Positions 48,366-58,953 of a DNA stretch of 61,746 nt are shown here, one piece after another. The notes beneath the pieces were generated by a model. The model searched no databases and was not told the origin of the DNA. It saw only the letters and a program-made list of their open reading frames with translations. Every line of letters begins with the position of its first letter. Positions within the stretch are counted from its first letter, which is position 1. Made by a program: the position numbers and the translations under genes. This DNA comes from a virus (taxonomy: Duplodnaviria; Caudoviricetes). The stretch covers positions 1-61,746 of the IMG/VR virus record IMGVR_UViG_3300036783_000190. One strand, given 5' to 3'.

Positions 48366-49532
48366 ATGGAGATTTTAAAAAAGTGGCTTCATAAACAAAG
48401 TTTAAAGAATCAACTTATAGAGGTATTTGGAAAAGCAGGTTTATATGTGGACCATCAAACAAGAGGTGGTAAAGTACCAATTTATCCAAAAATACATGAC
48501 ATTTCCTCCACACCAGAAAAGGTTCGATATATATTTACAATTCCGAATGGTTTGGATCCTAAGACCATTGAAAAGAAATGGTTTTGCTTTCAACAAATAT
48601 TAGGACGTAACGTTGCCATTCAAGGCGATATTAAACGGTTTGTACTTAATGTATTTCATTCAGATGCAGGGTTAAAACAATACAACTACAGTTATAAGAA
48701 ATGGCAGCCATTACTAAAACAACATCGTCTTCCTGTTGTAGTAGGTCGGGACCAATTCGGAAATATGATTGTGTACGATATGGTTGAAGCCAATACACCA
48801 CATTTATTAATCGCAGGAGAAACAGGTAGTGGTAAAAGTAGTATGGTACGTGTTGTTCTGTCCACACTCATTCAACACATGTCTCCTGATAAATTACATT
48901 TGTATCTGGGCGACTTGAAAAATTCCGAATTTCATTTCTTGAGAAGGGTTAAACACGTAAAAGAAGTGTGTATGGAAGAAATCGAAATGAAGATAATGTT
49001 GCAGAAAGTGTGGAAGGAAATACGAGAAAGAAGAAAATTAATGGAAAAGTATGAAGTGGATCATATTGATGAATACAACAAAACGAATCCTGACAATCAG
49101 AAACCATATATCTTACTTGCGATTGATGAAGTGGCCATGTTACAAGATGAAAAAGAATGTATGTCTACAATAGAAAAGATATCGGCAGTCGGCAGGGTGC
49201 TTGGTGTCTTCCTCATGCTTTCCATGCAACGTCCTGATGCAAAAGTATTAGATGGCAAGTTAAAGTTGAATATGACCGTCAGAATGGGTTTTAAATGCGA
49301 TAGTACAATCAACAGTAATATCACGGGTACACCTGGATCAGAACGCTTGGAGAAATCGGGCCAAATGATTCTAAAACTGAATGGATTAAAGAAAGTGCAA
49401 GCTCCTTATTTAGAATTAAGCAAAGCGAAACAAATTGTTGAGTCGTATCGCATACCAAAAGAGGATATGACAATTCAGAATCCTCCACAAGAAGAGATTC
49501 CATTGTTCGGGGTGTTAGAAGATGAGGAATAG
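48366..49532 (+). CDS. FtsK/SpoIIIE-family ATPase
   Basis: PHLLIAGETGSGKS, DLK, AIDEV, MQRP. Confidence 0.92.
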   Translation: MEILKKWLHKQSLKNQLIEVFGKAGLYVDHQTRGGKVPIYPKIHDISSTPEKVRYIFTIPNGLDPKTIEKKWFCFQQILGRNVAIQGDIKRFVLNVFHSDAGLKQYNYSYKKWQPLLKQHRLPVVVGRDQFGNMIVYDMVEANTPHLLIAGETGSGKSSMVRVVLSTLIQHMSPDKLHLYLGDLKNSEFHFLRRVKHVKEVCMEEIEMKIMLQKVWKEIRERRKLMEKYEVDHIDEYNKTNPDNQKPYILLAIDEVAMLQDEKECMSTIEKISAVGRVLGVFLMLSMQRPDAKVLDGKLKLNMTVRMGFKCDSTINSNITGTPGSERLEKSGQMILKLNGLKKVQAPYLELSKAKQIVESYRIPKEDMTIQNPPQEEIPLFGVLEDEE

Positions 49533-50130
49533 AGATAAAGCGATACTAAGTGATTTGAACCGTTTTAGATGTATGTCTCGCGATGATATTATAGATTTGC
49601 ATTTTAAAGGATTAAATAACGCGGTTACTTGTTGTAATACGGTGATGAAACGATTACGAAGAGATGGCCATGTGGATGCCAATATCTCGCAGCAGCCATA
49701 TATTTATTTCCCCTAACCTAGTACACTACGAAAAACTAGCCAAAAGATTCCTCACTTCCTCGGCATTGTAGACATATATAAACAGCTTATCCATTATGAA
49801 AAACCGAAACTATTTAAAGTGGAACCAAAGTACGGTAAAGAATTCATGGAACCCGATGCATTTACAATCTGGCGTAGATCTCCATTCTTCATTGAGGTTC
49901 AAAAGTCAGTTTACAGTAAAAAGATTATGCAAGATAAAATCAACAGGTATGAGTTATATTTCCACAGTCAGGAATGGCATAACGAATCGTGGCAGCCAAA
50001 AGATAATAAATTCTTCCCGTCAATCCTCATCATTACTGATAAACAGTATGATATTAACTCTTCTAATTTACGTATCTTCCAAGCTTCTTCAATTAGCAGT
50101 TTCATGGATAGTCTTGCGACAAAAATATAG
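49522..50130 (+). pseudogene. Replication-relaxation (Replic_Relax) family gene with in-frame TAA at 49714-49716
   Basis: ORFs 49522 and 49819 share a frame, which reads on (PSTLRKTSQKIPHFL..EPDAF..FIEVQ) past the stop. Confidence 0.75.
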
Positions 50131-50269
50131 TAACTCTTCCCTAACTAAACAGCACACCCAGTTTGACTGTTGAATCTAGGAAGAGTTACAAGGGTAACAG
50201 GAGTAAATATAATATGAGCAATAATTTAAATATAGAACCAGAAGCTCCAAATAGGGGCTTTTTTTCTTT

Positions 50270-50296
50270 GCAGGAATTTAGAAGGCATCATGGAAT
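50270..50296 (+). promoter_or_regulatory. SigH-like promoter
   Basis: GCAGGAATT, AGGA-N17-GAAT. Confidence 0.55.
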
Positions 50297-50323
50297 ACTC
50301 TCACTAGGAGGTGTCGTGACGTT

Positions 50324-50911
50324 ATGACGGACGAAATTGTTTATTCTGCTAGTGAAGTATACAAACGACTAGGAATAAGTGATAGCACCCTTAGAAAGTA
50401 CATGGAAGTTTTGCAGCGCGAAAACTATGTTGTGAAGAAGGATAATCGTGGCAGACGCCAATACACAGAGCATGACGTTATGGTGATTGATAAGTTAATT
50501 GAACTCAGCAAGCATGACGGTATGACGTTAGAGAAGGCAGCGAAGATGATTGCGCAGCGATTAGAAATCGCCAATCCCAATGCGGAGACAGAGGAATCCC
50601 AAGAAACGGATTTAATCCCATTCCACATTCAACAGCAACTCCAACAACAGTACAGCGTTATGGCACAAGAAATGAATCAAGGTATGCTAGAGATGGAAAA
50701 GCGATTGAGTGAGCAGGCAAAGCAAAGTAACGAGGAAATCAAAGCGAGTATAGAGCAACATAATGAACGAGTAGAAAAACGGTTGGAAGCACGAGATGAG
50801 ACGCTTATGAAAACATTGCGTGAAATGCAAGAAGCGAAGAGATTAATGCAGGAATATCGGGATGAGGTTGCTGCTGCAAAAGAGAAGAAAAAGCCGTGGT
50901 GGAAGTTCTAG
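50324..50911 (+). CDS. MerR-type HTH + coiled-coil protein (DUF3967-like)
   Basis: [26 protein letters not shown]; C-terminal KKKPWWKF. Confidence 0.8.
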   Translation: MTDEIVYSASEVYKRLGISDSTLRKYMEVLQRENYVVKKDNRGRRQYTEHDVMVIDKLIELSKHDGMTLEKAAKMIAQRLEIANPNAETEESQETDLIPFHIQQQLQQQYSVMAQEMNQGMLEMEKRLSEQAKQSNEEIKASIEQHNERVEKRLEARDETLMKTLREMQEAKRLMQEYRDEVAAAKEKKKPWWKF

Positions 50912-50970
50912 TGAGTGGGAGCATAAAAAAGAAGTATCCTTAATGAAAAACAGGGATACTTCTTTTTACT

Positions 50971-51297
50971 TTATTCATTCTCTAGCGTCTCGTAAAGACG
51001 CTTGTACATATCTTTATATGCTTTAGAATGTCGATTTACTAGTTGAGTATCTACGTAGCTTTCAACAAGTATATTAATGATGTTGTTAATTGATGTTTTT
51101 CCCATATCTTCTTGTTCTTGAATAAACGGTTTAAGGGTATTTAGCTTTAGTAAAACAGCAGGTGAAATTTTAGCTGTTTTAGATGGTACTAAACGTTGAT
51201 CTGGTTTCTCTGGTGTCTGTATTTCCTTTTCCGTGTTAACAGGATTAAGTTGGGCGGTTACTACAAAAGATTTACTTTTACTTTCCAAAGGTACCAC
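50971..51297 (-). CDS. Small par-operon protein (possible RHH)
   Basis: Third gene after parA, preceded by parS-like repeats. Confidence 0.65.
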   Translation of the reverse strand: MVPLESKSKSFVVTAQLNPVNTEKEIQTPEKPDQRLVPSKTAKISPAVLLKLNTLKPFIQEQEDMGKTSINNIINILVESYVDTQLVNRHSKAYKDMYKRLYETLENE

Positions 51298-51390
51298 TCC
51301 TTTTTTTATAAAAGTATAATTTTATAAATTTATACTTTTATAAAATTATAAACGTGTTTATTTAGATAGGAATAAAGTTTAACTTCATTC

Positions 51391-51750
51391 CTATTCTCGA
51401 CTTTTCTTCGATTCAAGCACTTGTTTTACAGCGTTTTTTACTAACTTTTGTTTTGGTGTAGGTAATGAAGCAACTTTTTCTTCGATTAACATATTTATTA
51501 CTTCATAGATTTTCATATCTTCAATTGTAGCAAGTGTTGATATTGCTGTGTGCGTTTCTAATGAGACACGGAAAGATTTCGGTAACTCTTTCGTAGTTAG
51601 TTTTCTCTTTGGTTTTTCAAAGAGCTTATCATCATCAGGGAAACTACGTTCTTGATTTTCTTTACTTTCGGGTGTGAAAGTTACTGATCCTTCAGTTTTC
51701 TTTCTTCTCATACCAAGTTGTTCTTTGTCTATATTCAATTTGTTATCCAT
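51391..51750 (-). CDS. Putative centromere-binding protein (type Ib, RHH-like)
   Basis: Overlaps parA stop; KSFRVSLETH..IYEVINMLI. Confidence 0.7.
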   Translation of the reverse strand: MDNKLNIDKEQLGMRRKKTEGSVTFTPESKENQERSFPDDDKLFEKPKRKLTTKELPKSFRVSLETHTAISTLATIEDMKIYEVINMLIEEKVASLPTPKQKLVKNAVKQVLESKKSRE

Positions 51751-52570
51751 TTACTGTTGTCATTCCTTCCAAAATCTCGATTCTCTTTTCGACTTCACCT
51801 GCAATATTTTGGTATACAGTATGAACGTTTTTATCATGAACATCTTTTAGATTATAAGTGATTCCTGTTCTATCAAATCTCTTTAAGCGTGCCATCTGTT
51901 TAATGATATTACTGAACACATTAGCTTTGCCAAAAATCTCTTCAGCTTCTTGAAGGATATCTTTATCAATTTCATTACCGTTTTGCATTAGTACAGGTAA
52001 AGCCCCAATAATTTCTAATGGTAAATTGTAATCATCTGCTAACGAGAATACATGTTCAACGTATTTCTGAGCACCTTTTAATGATCTTTCTTGTGTTTGT
52101 AAAATAACCATTACATAGTCACTAGCGACTAATGCACTGTCTGCAAATTTATTTAATTGTGGTGGCACATCGATAAAAATGTAATCGTAATTTCCTTTGA
52201 TTGCACTTAATTGTTTTGCGAAATATGTATCCTGTGAGAAGTCATCCTCAAAATTTCTGAAAAGGAATTTTTCATATGTTTGTAAATCCTCGTAAGAAGG
52301 AAGTAAGTCTAAGTTAGGCAGTACATTAATTAGCGCACTCTGCAAGTTTGCATCTATAAGTGACATAGCTAATGTTCTTTTGAATTCTGGTTCGATTGAA
52401 TATATTTTTTTCATTGTGTTAAATAGTAAATCAGTCGCATTTGCTTGTGGATCTAAATCTACTAATAAAGTTTTCTTTCCTTGTTTCGCGAATGTATAAG
52501 CCAACATTACAGCATTGGTAGTTTTTCCAACTCCACCTTTGAAGTTCCCAGTTGTGATAACTTTGCACAT
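51743..52570 (-). CDS. parA: ParA/Soj-family ATPase, copy 2
   Basis: NFKGGVGKTT, VDLDPQAN, IFIDVPP. Confidence 0.96.
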   Translation of the reverse strand: MCKVITTGNFKGGVGKTTNAVMLAYTFAKQGKKTLLVDLDPQANATDLLFNTMKKIYSIEPEFKRTLAMSLIDANLQSALINVLPNLDLLPSYEDLQTYEKFLFRNFEDDFSQDTYFAKQLSAIKGNYDYIFIDVPPQLNKFADSALVASDYVMVILQTQERSLKGAQKYVEHVFSLADDYNLPLEIIGALPVLMQNGNEIDKDILQEAEEIFGKANVFSNIIKQMARLKRFDRTGITYNLKDVHDKNVHTVYQNIAGEVEKRIEILEGMTTVNG

Positions 52571-52934
52571 TTTCCGTCACCTCGTAAAAAAAAGTTTTTT
52601 TATACTTTTATAAATTTATAATTTGATTTTATAACACAACAAACCAACGGTAAAGTATAAATTTATAATTTTATACTTTTATAAAAATTTTATAATTAAT
52701 CTGTAAATAGATGATAGTTTTTAAAACCTATTTTCAAAATGGTATATTATCAAGCTATATTAGCGTATTTTTTATAAAAATATACTTTTATACTTTTATA
52801 AAATTATAAAAGTATAAAAAAAGTATCATTCTAATTTCGGAAAACTAGTTTTTTATAAAAGTATAAAATTATAAAAGTATAAAAATGAAAATGGTTTTTT
52901 ATATAGAGGGAAATGTAACAGGCTTATAGGGGTA

Positions 52935-53952
52935 TTTACAAACAAAAAAGCTTGTTGTAACGTAGTACACAACAAGCATCATTATACAAAACAAAACATA
53001 TTTTGATAAAACAAATCTACATAAATAGATCGAGCAAAACAATTGAATATGAACACAAAACAAAAAAGCCACTCCCATATGCTATTGGCTACCAACCGAT
53101 AACGGGAATGACTTTTCTAGCTAGTGTACCACCACTTGGCTAGAATGAACTGTATTAACCCACAGTGTTTACGTTTAAGTAGTGTACCATCACTAACCTT
53201 AAACAACTATGCCTTTTCACGAGGCTTCTTTGATATACCCATTTTATCTATTGTTTGGATAAATATCAACTAGTAAATACTAGTTTTGATTATTTTGTAG
53301 TCCAAAAGATATATACCGGGCATCTCTAAACCTAGAAGTCTTGTGAATGTACAGGCCATTTAGGAATTTGGGATGCCTTTTTTGTTTTTTGTTCGCGTGG
53401 AATTGCCTGATACCACGTTAATAAAAACTGATAAGCCGTAATTCCGTGCTTCTATTATAGAGGGAACGTGTTACGGCGTGGCTAGCTGTTGGTCGTGCAG
53501 GGGGTACAGAGTATGCCCCTACAAAAACAGCACCCCTCATTGGAATCCTGTTCTTCTGGTGAGGGTGGGCGAGAACTTGCCCAGGGACGATTCTCTAAAA
53601 GGTTCGGGAGGTTATCGTTAGCATTACGGTGCTAGGGAGTACATTCAGTTTGTCGTGTAGGGACGATATTACAAGGACAAGCCATAGAAAAAGGATGTAT
53701 GCGATGAAGATCGCTGAGTGAACAGGGTCTATACATACGGATACCTTATAAGTGACCGCATGGCGAAACAAAGACGCTTATCCATCTATTTTGATCGATT
53801 ACTTTCTTGTAGTCGTTCAAAGTAGGGGATAAATCTGCCTTCCAGCCGTGTTCCATAATCGTTCCCACATGATAAAAACCCTCAAAACCTTCAGTCAACA
53901 CTTAATTCTAAGAAAAGCAGAAAAATATAGGATTGTTTAAGAGCTGGGGGAA
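52935..53952 (+). ncRNA. Second copy of replicon RNA region (leader, antisense RNA ~53055-53234 on minus strand, attenuator 53319-53394, structured RNA)
   Basis: Homologous to 875-1885 with the same promoters and hairpins. Confidence 0.65.
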
Positions 53953-54607
53953 CTATTTACCTGAGTAAGAAGAAAGGGTAGGAGTACCACCGTTAACTTT
54001 ACTAGAGGATAAGGGAAATAGAGAATTATTGAGATATCACAGTTAGTCTGTTATATAGATGATGGAATTTAGTAGTTCACCTTTAGTTAAGGTACTTTTT
54101 GGGTAACGACAGTAATGAATATAAGGTTTAAATTAGATATATGAAGTTAATAAGCAGGAGGATTATTGTTTGGTTTTAAATTGTGTTTTATCAATCAGAT
54201 ATAGTACGTGAAATTTATAGGATATTATAAAAAATATCCTATCTGTTTGCTAAAATCTCAATTAAATTTGTACAATATGTGTGTAAAGAAGAATGATGAA
54301 AAGGAGGGGTAAAAACAAAGTATAAGCTTGTATGATTGGTTATGTTAGTCATTATAAAAATTTCTTTGGAGATGTATTTTTTGATGATTAAGAGCTATTT
54401 GTTTTGTATGTTGAACTTGTTAAGAATGTAGAAGCATGATGTACGTATGTGGTTATTATATATATTCGGTATACCCAGGGATATTTAGGTACTTAACATT
54501 TAGTTAAGGTAAGAAGAGATCATTTTTTATTTATTTATTTCTGCTATACTAAATAAATAAGCCCATCGTATTGGCGTACGAAAGGCTTGAAGGGTGGTGA
54601 ATACATA

Positions 54608-54694
54608 ATGGATGCAAACACCGTTACAGCAATTGCGACATTGCTTTTAGTTGTTATTGGAATTGTACAATTAAGTCAAAAAGAAAACAAATAG
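54608..54694 (+). CDS. 28-aa hydrophobic peptide MDANTVTAIATLLLVVIGIVQLSQKENK, probable type I toxin
   Basis: RBS GGTGGTGA; TM core + charged tail; flanking GTATTGGCGTAC-loop hairpins; convergent TG-G-TATAAT. Confidence 0.65.
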   Translation: MDANTVTAIATLLLVVIGIVQLSQKENK

Positions 54695-55278
54695 TTGTGT
54701 TAAAAAGCTTTTCAGTATTGGCGTACTGAGAGGCTTTTTTATTATACACATGATGTGTTTTTATAATACTACTATGGTAATAATTATACCAGACGCACAT
54801 AAAAAATCAAAGAGCACATAATGGATATAGTGTATAAAAGAAAAGACACCCTAAGGTGCCTTCCTCCGACTTGAACCACGTTTATTTAGTATAAAACCTA
54901 TCCGTATTATCCCTTTGTTATAAGTGTAAACACATCCTATAAAACAGAATCGTCTATATACACCAGATTGTTAGTTCACAAAGTACAAGAGATTTGAGAT
55001 CAGTATTAGAGTGACGCCACACCTTTTATAACGATCGATATGTTACGCCTTTCAAAAGAATCTGCTTTATAGAATGTATCCACAATTTATATTTCACTAC
55101 ATGTAATATTTATTTGGTGTATTTTTTAGAACTATGTATAATTGCATAAAGTTTATAAAAAAATGAGAGTATAATTTGGTATTGTGTAATAAAGATAAGG
55201 CCCACCTACGGAAATAGGTGGGCTTTTTAACGCATAAAGAAAAGACATCCATATAAGAATGTCTTTTCCAATAGTTTT

Positions 55279-55395
55279 TTAGCAGAAGCAGCTAGCTCCA
55301 ACTATGATTAATAAAATAAACAATACAACTAATAAAGCAAAGCCTCCAGCGAAACCTCCGCCGCCACAACTACCGCAACTGCCACCAAATCCCAT
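55279..55395 (-). CDS. YjcZ/SscA-family tiny sporulation membrane protein (38 aa)
   Basis: MGFGGSCGSCGGGGFAGGFALLVVLFILLIIVGASCFC; AAGGAGG RBS. Confidence 0.85.
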   Translation of the reverse strand: MGFGGSCGSCGGGGFAGGFALLVVLFILLIIVGASCFC

Positions 55396-55532
55396 AATAG
55401 ATCCTCCTTTAATAAGAGGAGAAAACAAGGGTGTACGCATGTTTTTTAACGGATTTAATATACTTTATGGTTTTACGAATTAATTGAGCAGGTCCTTTAA
55501 GAAATAAAGAAAAGAAACCCTAAGGTGCCTTT

Positions 55533-55742
55533 CTACTCTGTAACAAATTTAAATATATAGTACATAAAAAATAACAAAGATAGACTTGCTAATCTACCTG
55601 CAATCGATTCTTTCATAAATTTCATAAGTAGCACTTTAACAAGTAATGCTAAGGATAACGGTATAAACAGTATCATAGCAAGTTTGATCGCTAAGTCGTT
55701 TATAGTGGGGTTAAACGCTTCAAAATTAATTATGATATCCAC
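55533..55742 (-). CDS. Small 2-TM membrane protein
   Basis: Hydrophobic; GAAAGG RBS. Confidence 0.7.
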   Translation of the reverse strand: MDIIINFEAFNPTINDLAIKLAMILFIPLSLALLVKVLLMKFMKESIAGRLASLSLLFFMYYIFKFVTE

Positions 55743-56096
55743 TTACCTTTCTTTCATCTTTTTATTTTTATAATACAATTTATATTGTTTTGTCCACTAA
55801 AAAAGACACCCTAAGGTGCCTTCCTCCGACTTGAACCACTTTACTTTTAATAATATGTATTGGACTCCCATCCAAATATTATTTTATCATGTTAAGTAAT
55901 ATTCGGGTACCGCCAGCATTTTTGAAGAAAAACACGCTAAGCAAAAAAATACAATAAGCCGCCCATGTGCTATTTCTTTATGTATCTAATCGTGACGATA
56001 ACAGTGTAGAAATTTATGATATTTCTACTTCTCAAACTCCCGTAAGTCTAGGAGAATTTAATGTAGGAAACTGTCGGAATGGATATAAATAATATA

Positions 56097-56393
56097 TTAA
56101 CTATTATCCTCACTTATAATGTAAGGTTCTATCTTTTTAATCAACTCTACAAAATCAACTTCTAATGCAACAGATAATTGCTTCAATGTAATTAAACTAG
56201 GAATATTATAACCATTTTCTAAATTTATTAAAGTTTTTTCTGAAATCCATCCTGGCTCTACAAGTCCTTTATCCTCTCTATCAGCAATGAAAAATGCACG
56301 AGATGATTTCTTTAAAGTTAATTGTAATCGATAGTCTTGCAATATTTGCCCTATTATACGAGTATTTTGATTTTGTTGTTTTTTCTTAGTCAT
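56097..56393 (-). CDS. XRE-family regulator divergent from AIPR
   Basis: ISEKTLINLENGYNIPSL. Confidence 0.75.
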   Translation of the reverse strand: MTKKKQQNQNTRIIGQILQDYRLQLTLKKSSRAFFIADREDKGLVEPGWISEKTLINLENGYNIPSLITLKQLSVALEVDFVELIKKIEPYIISEDNS

Positions 56394-56406
56394 AAATAAT
56401 ATTATA

Positions 56407-56453
56407 CCATAAAAAACAAAAAAGGAACCTAGGTTCCTTTTTGTTTTTTATGG
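56407..56453. promoter_or_regulatory. ~47-bp near-perfect palindrome operator
   Basis: CCATAAAAAACAAAAAAGGAACCT/AGGTTCCTTTTTGTTTTTTATGG. Confidence 0.7.
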
Positions 56454-56485
56454 TTATGTTAAAGTTATATTAAAGCTTAGTACAT

Positions 56486-57691
56486 ATGCTCAAGCCAAAA
56501 TTCAAATTAAGGAGGTATTCTTTAATGAATACATTTAAAGCAAAAGCCGTCCGAACAGTAACCTCGCCATCAAATGAGGAGGTTACAACTTATTACACTT
56601 GGGTCAATTTTAGGGATCTCCCTTCGGAAATTCCTTTAGAGGTGAATCCTCGAAAACCAAAAATGAACACATCAGTAGCTAAACAATTAATTAACGCAGT
56701 TACAAACCCTGATACAGATTTTGATATAAACAATCGAGGTATCGTTATTACAGCAAAAAATTTCAAATTCCATACAAATAACAGTACGGTTGATTTAGAT
56801 TTAGATAATGATTCAAGTAAATACGGAATTTTAGACGGCGGCCATACGTACACTGCTATCATCGAAAACCGTCATAAACTTCCTGAAAAAGTTGATAAAT
56901 ACGTTAAATTGGAAGTTGTAGTTGGTAAAAACTTGGATGTTTCAGCATTAGCCGATGCCCGAAATACTTCAGCACAAGTGAGTGATATTGCTCTCTTTGA
57001 ATTAGATAGTAAATTCGACATCATTAAAGATGCTATTACAACAGAAAGTTATTGTAATGATATCGCTTATAAAGACAATGACAATAAACGTATACCTATT
57101 GTTGAATTAATTAAATTAATGTTTGCCTTTAATATAAAAAAATATCCTGATGACAGTGGTGCTCCAGTAGCAACTTATTCTGGTAAAGCCATTGTTTTTA
57201 AAGACTATAAAAATGAATATGAACAAGCTGATAATATCTACAAAGGATTAGTAACTCAACTTCCTAAATTAGTAGAGTTATACGAAAAAATCCAAGCAGA
57301 TTTACCTATCAAATATCAAGATTTCAAAAAAGAAGATGGGAAAAATGGGAGGTTTGGATTGGTCCGTGGTGTAGAAGGTGCTGGATCATATTTAACATTA
57401 TTTAATCAAAAACCAATTTCACATGAAATTTCTGTAGGGTTTTTGTTGCCGATCTTTGGAGCTTTCCGAGCATTATTAGAAAAGAAAGGTGATAAAATCA
57501 GTTGGGCTTTCGATCCTATTGAAATATGGGAAAAAGTAGGTACTCGTTTAGTTCAAAATACTTTTGATACCGATACTAATCCTCAACAAACTGGTAAAAG
57601 CAAAACACTATGGCAATCCAATTATCGAATTGTCGATAGTATTCGAAAAGATTTGTTATTAGAAAAACTAATGAAATTACAACAACAATAA
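56486..57691 (+). CDS. AIPR-family (abortive infection phage resistance) protein
   Basis: NPR..F..NNRGIVI..GILDGGHT..ARNTSAQV; probable start 56525. Confidence 0.8.
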   Translation: MLKPKFKLRRYSLMNTFKAKAVRTVTSPSNEEVTTYYTWVNFRDLPSEIPLEVNPRKPKMNTSVAKQLINAVTNPDTDFDINNRGIVITAKNFKFHTNNSTVDLDLDNDSSKYGILDGGHTYTAIIENRHKLPEKVDKYVKLEVVVGKNLDVSALADARNTSAQVSDIALFELDSKFDIIKDAITTESYCNDIAYKDNDNKRIPIVELIKLMFAFNIKKYPDDSGAPVATYSGKAIVFKDYKNEYEQADNIYKGLVTQLPKLVELYEKIQADLPIKYQDFKKEDGKNGRFGLVRGVEGAGSYLTLFNQKPISHEISVGFLLPIFGAFRALLEKKGDKISWAFDPIEIWEKVGTRLVQNTFDTDTNPQQTGKSKTLWQSNYRIVDSIRKDLLLEKLMKLQQQ

Positions 57692-57955
57692 ATTTAAGTA
57701 TAAAAAATAACCTCTTTCAAAAGGGATTATTTTTTATACTTTTCCATAAATTCTTCCAGTGCTAATGCCATTAAATTAGTATCGGAATACATACTATTTT
57801 TTTATTTAAAGTAATAACAAGATATAAAATTATGCAATAAGGGATGGTAATTTTATATTCTTTCAACCGAACAAGTTATGACTAGAAATGTATGGAATAT
57901 ATGGTATTTTTGATATAATTGTAATAAATAATATTAGTAGGGGTAGGGGATTTAA

Positions 57956-58699
57956 TTGGGCTCAGTAAAAACAACACAACAAAAACACAAGGTTAATGGC
58001 TATTATACAAAAGATCGTCGTTTATTACACGAAAAAATCATTGGTTATTTTATGAATGATAATCAAATGATTTCGCAATCGCCAGAAGCCATTTTATTAG
58101 GTGGTGGTACAGCATCTGGTAAAAGTGTAATGGGGAACTTTATCATAATGGGGTATAAAGAGGCAGATATTCCTCTTATTCTTATTGATTCGGATGAAAT
58201 TAAACGCCTTATCCCTGAGTATGAAAAGATAAGTGTATTGAATGTAGAAGCTGCTGCATGTCATGTGCATGATGAGAGTAGTGATATTGTGGATGAATTA
58301 CTGACTCGCTGTATTAAAAATCAAAAAAATTTTATATATGACGGTACTATGAAAAACCTGCCTAAATATCGCGCTTTAATACAAAAGTTAGTTGATCAAG
58401 GTTATAAAGTATCTGCAACTATAGTGGATGTGCCAATTGATGTAGCAACGGAAAGAGAACATCTTCGATTTATTGAGACGGGAAGAAAAGTACCAAAAGA
58501 AATTCTAGTAGAAAGTCATACAAATGTTCCTCGAACTTTCCATATTTTGAAGGAAATGGTGCATGAGTATATTATTTATGATGCTACTGAAGAAGGATTA
58601 CCGATTGAAATTGCAGAAAAAACTGAAGATGGTAAAGAAATTATCTATGATAAAGAAAAATTAGAAAACTTTTACAAGAAATCTGGAATAAAACTTTGA
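57956..58699 (+). CDS. Zeta-toxin-family P-loop kinase
   Basis: LGGGTASGKS, IDSDEIK, IYDGT, GRKVP. Confidence 0.8.
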   Translation: MGSVKTTQQKHKVNGYYTKDRRLLHEKIIGYFMNDNQMISQSPEAILLGGGTASGKSVMGNFIIMGYKEADIPLILIDSDEIKRLIPEYEKISVLNVEAAACHVHDESSDIVDELLTRCIKNQKNFIYDGTMKNLPKYRALIQKLVDQGYKVSATIVDVPIDVATEREHLRFIETGRKVPKEILVESHTNVPRTFHILKEMVHEYIIYDATEEGLPIEIAEKTEDGKEIIYDKEKLENFYKKSGIKL

Positions 58700-58751
58700 T
58701 TTTTCGATAAACATGGTGAGGAAGGGGTAGTGAAAAATGGAGGTGTAGGGA

Positions 58752-58883
58752 ATGAAGAACGGACAAGCCCAAGAAAGCACCATCAAGAAAATAAAAAGCA
58801 TGATGAAAAAAAATGGGAAAGAATACTATGATGAAATTGTGAAAAAAAATAAAAAAACGCGAGAAAATAACAAAATAAAGTGA
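58752..58883 (+). CDS. 43-aa basic micro-protein
   Basis: GGAGGTG RBS; MKNGQAQESTIKKIKSMMKKNGKEYYDEIVKKNKK... Confidence 0.55.
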   Translation: MKNGQAQESTIKKIKSMMKKNGKEYYDEIVKKNKKTRENNKIK

Positions 58884-58953
58884 AAGCTATTAATTTATTT
58901 GTATGGAAAACTTGTCCTCTTAATGTTATCCTTGAATTAAGGGGGCGAGGGAA

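Noticed and set aside
49714-49716. Programmed +1 frameshift at CCC-TAA in Replic_Relax
   Set aside because: The plausible continuation is in the same frame, so a point nonsense mutation is more likely.
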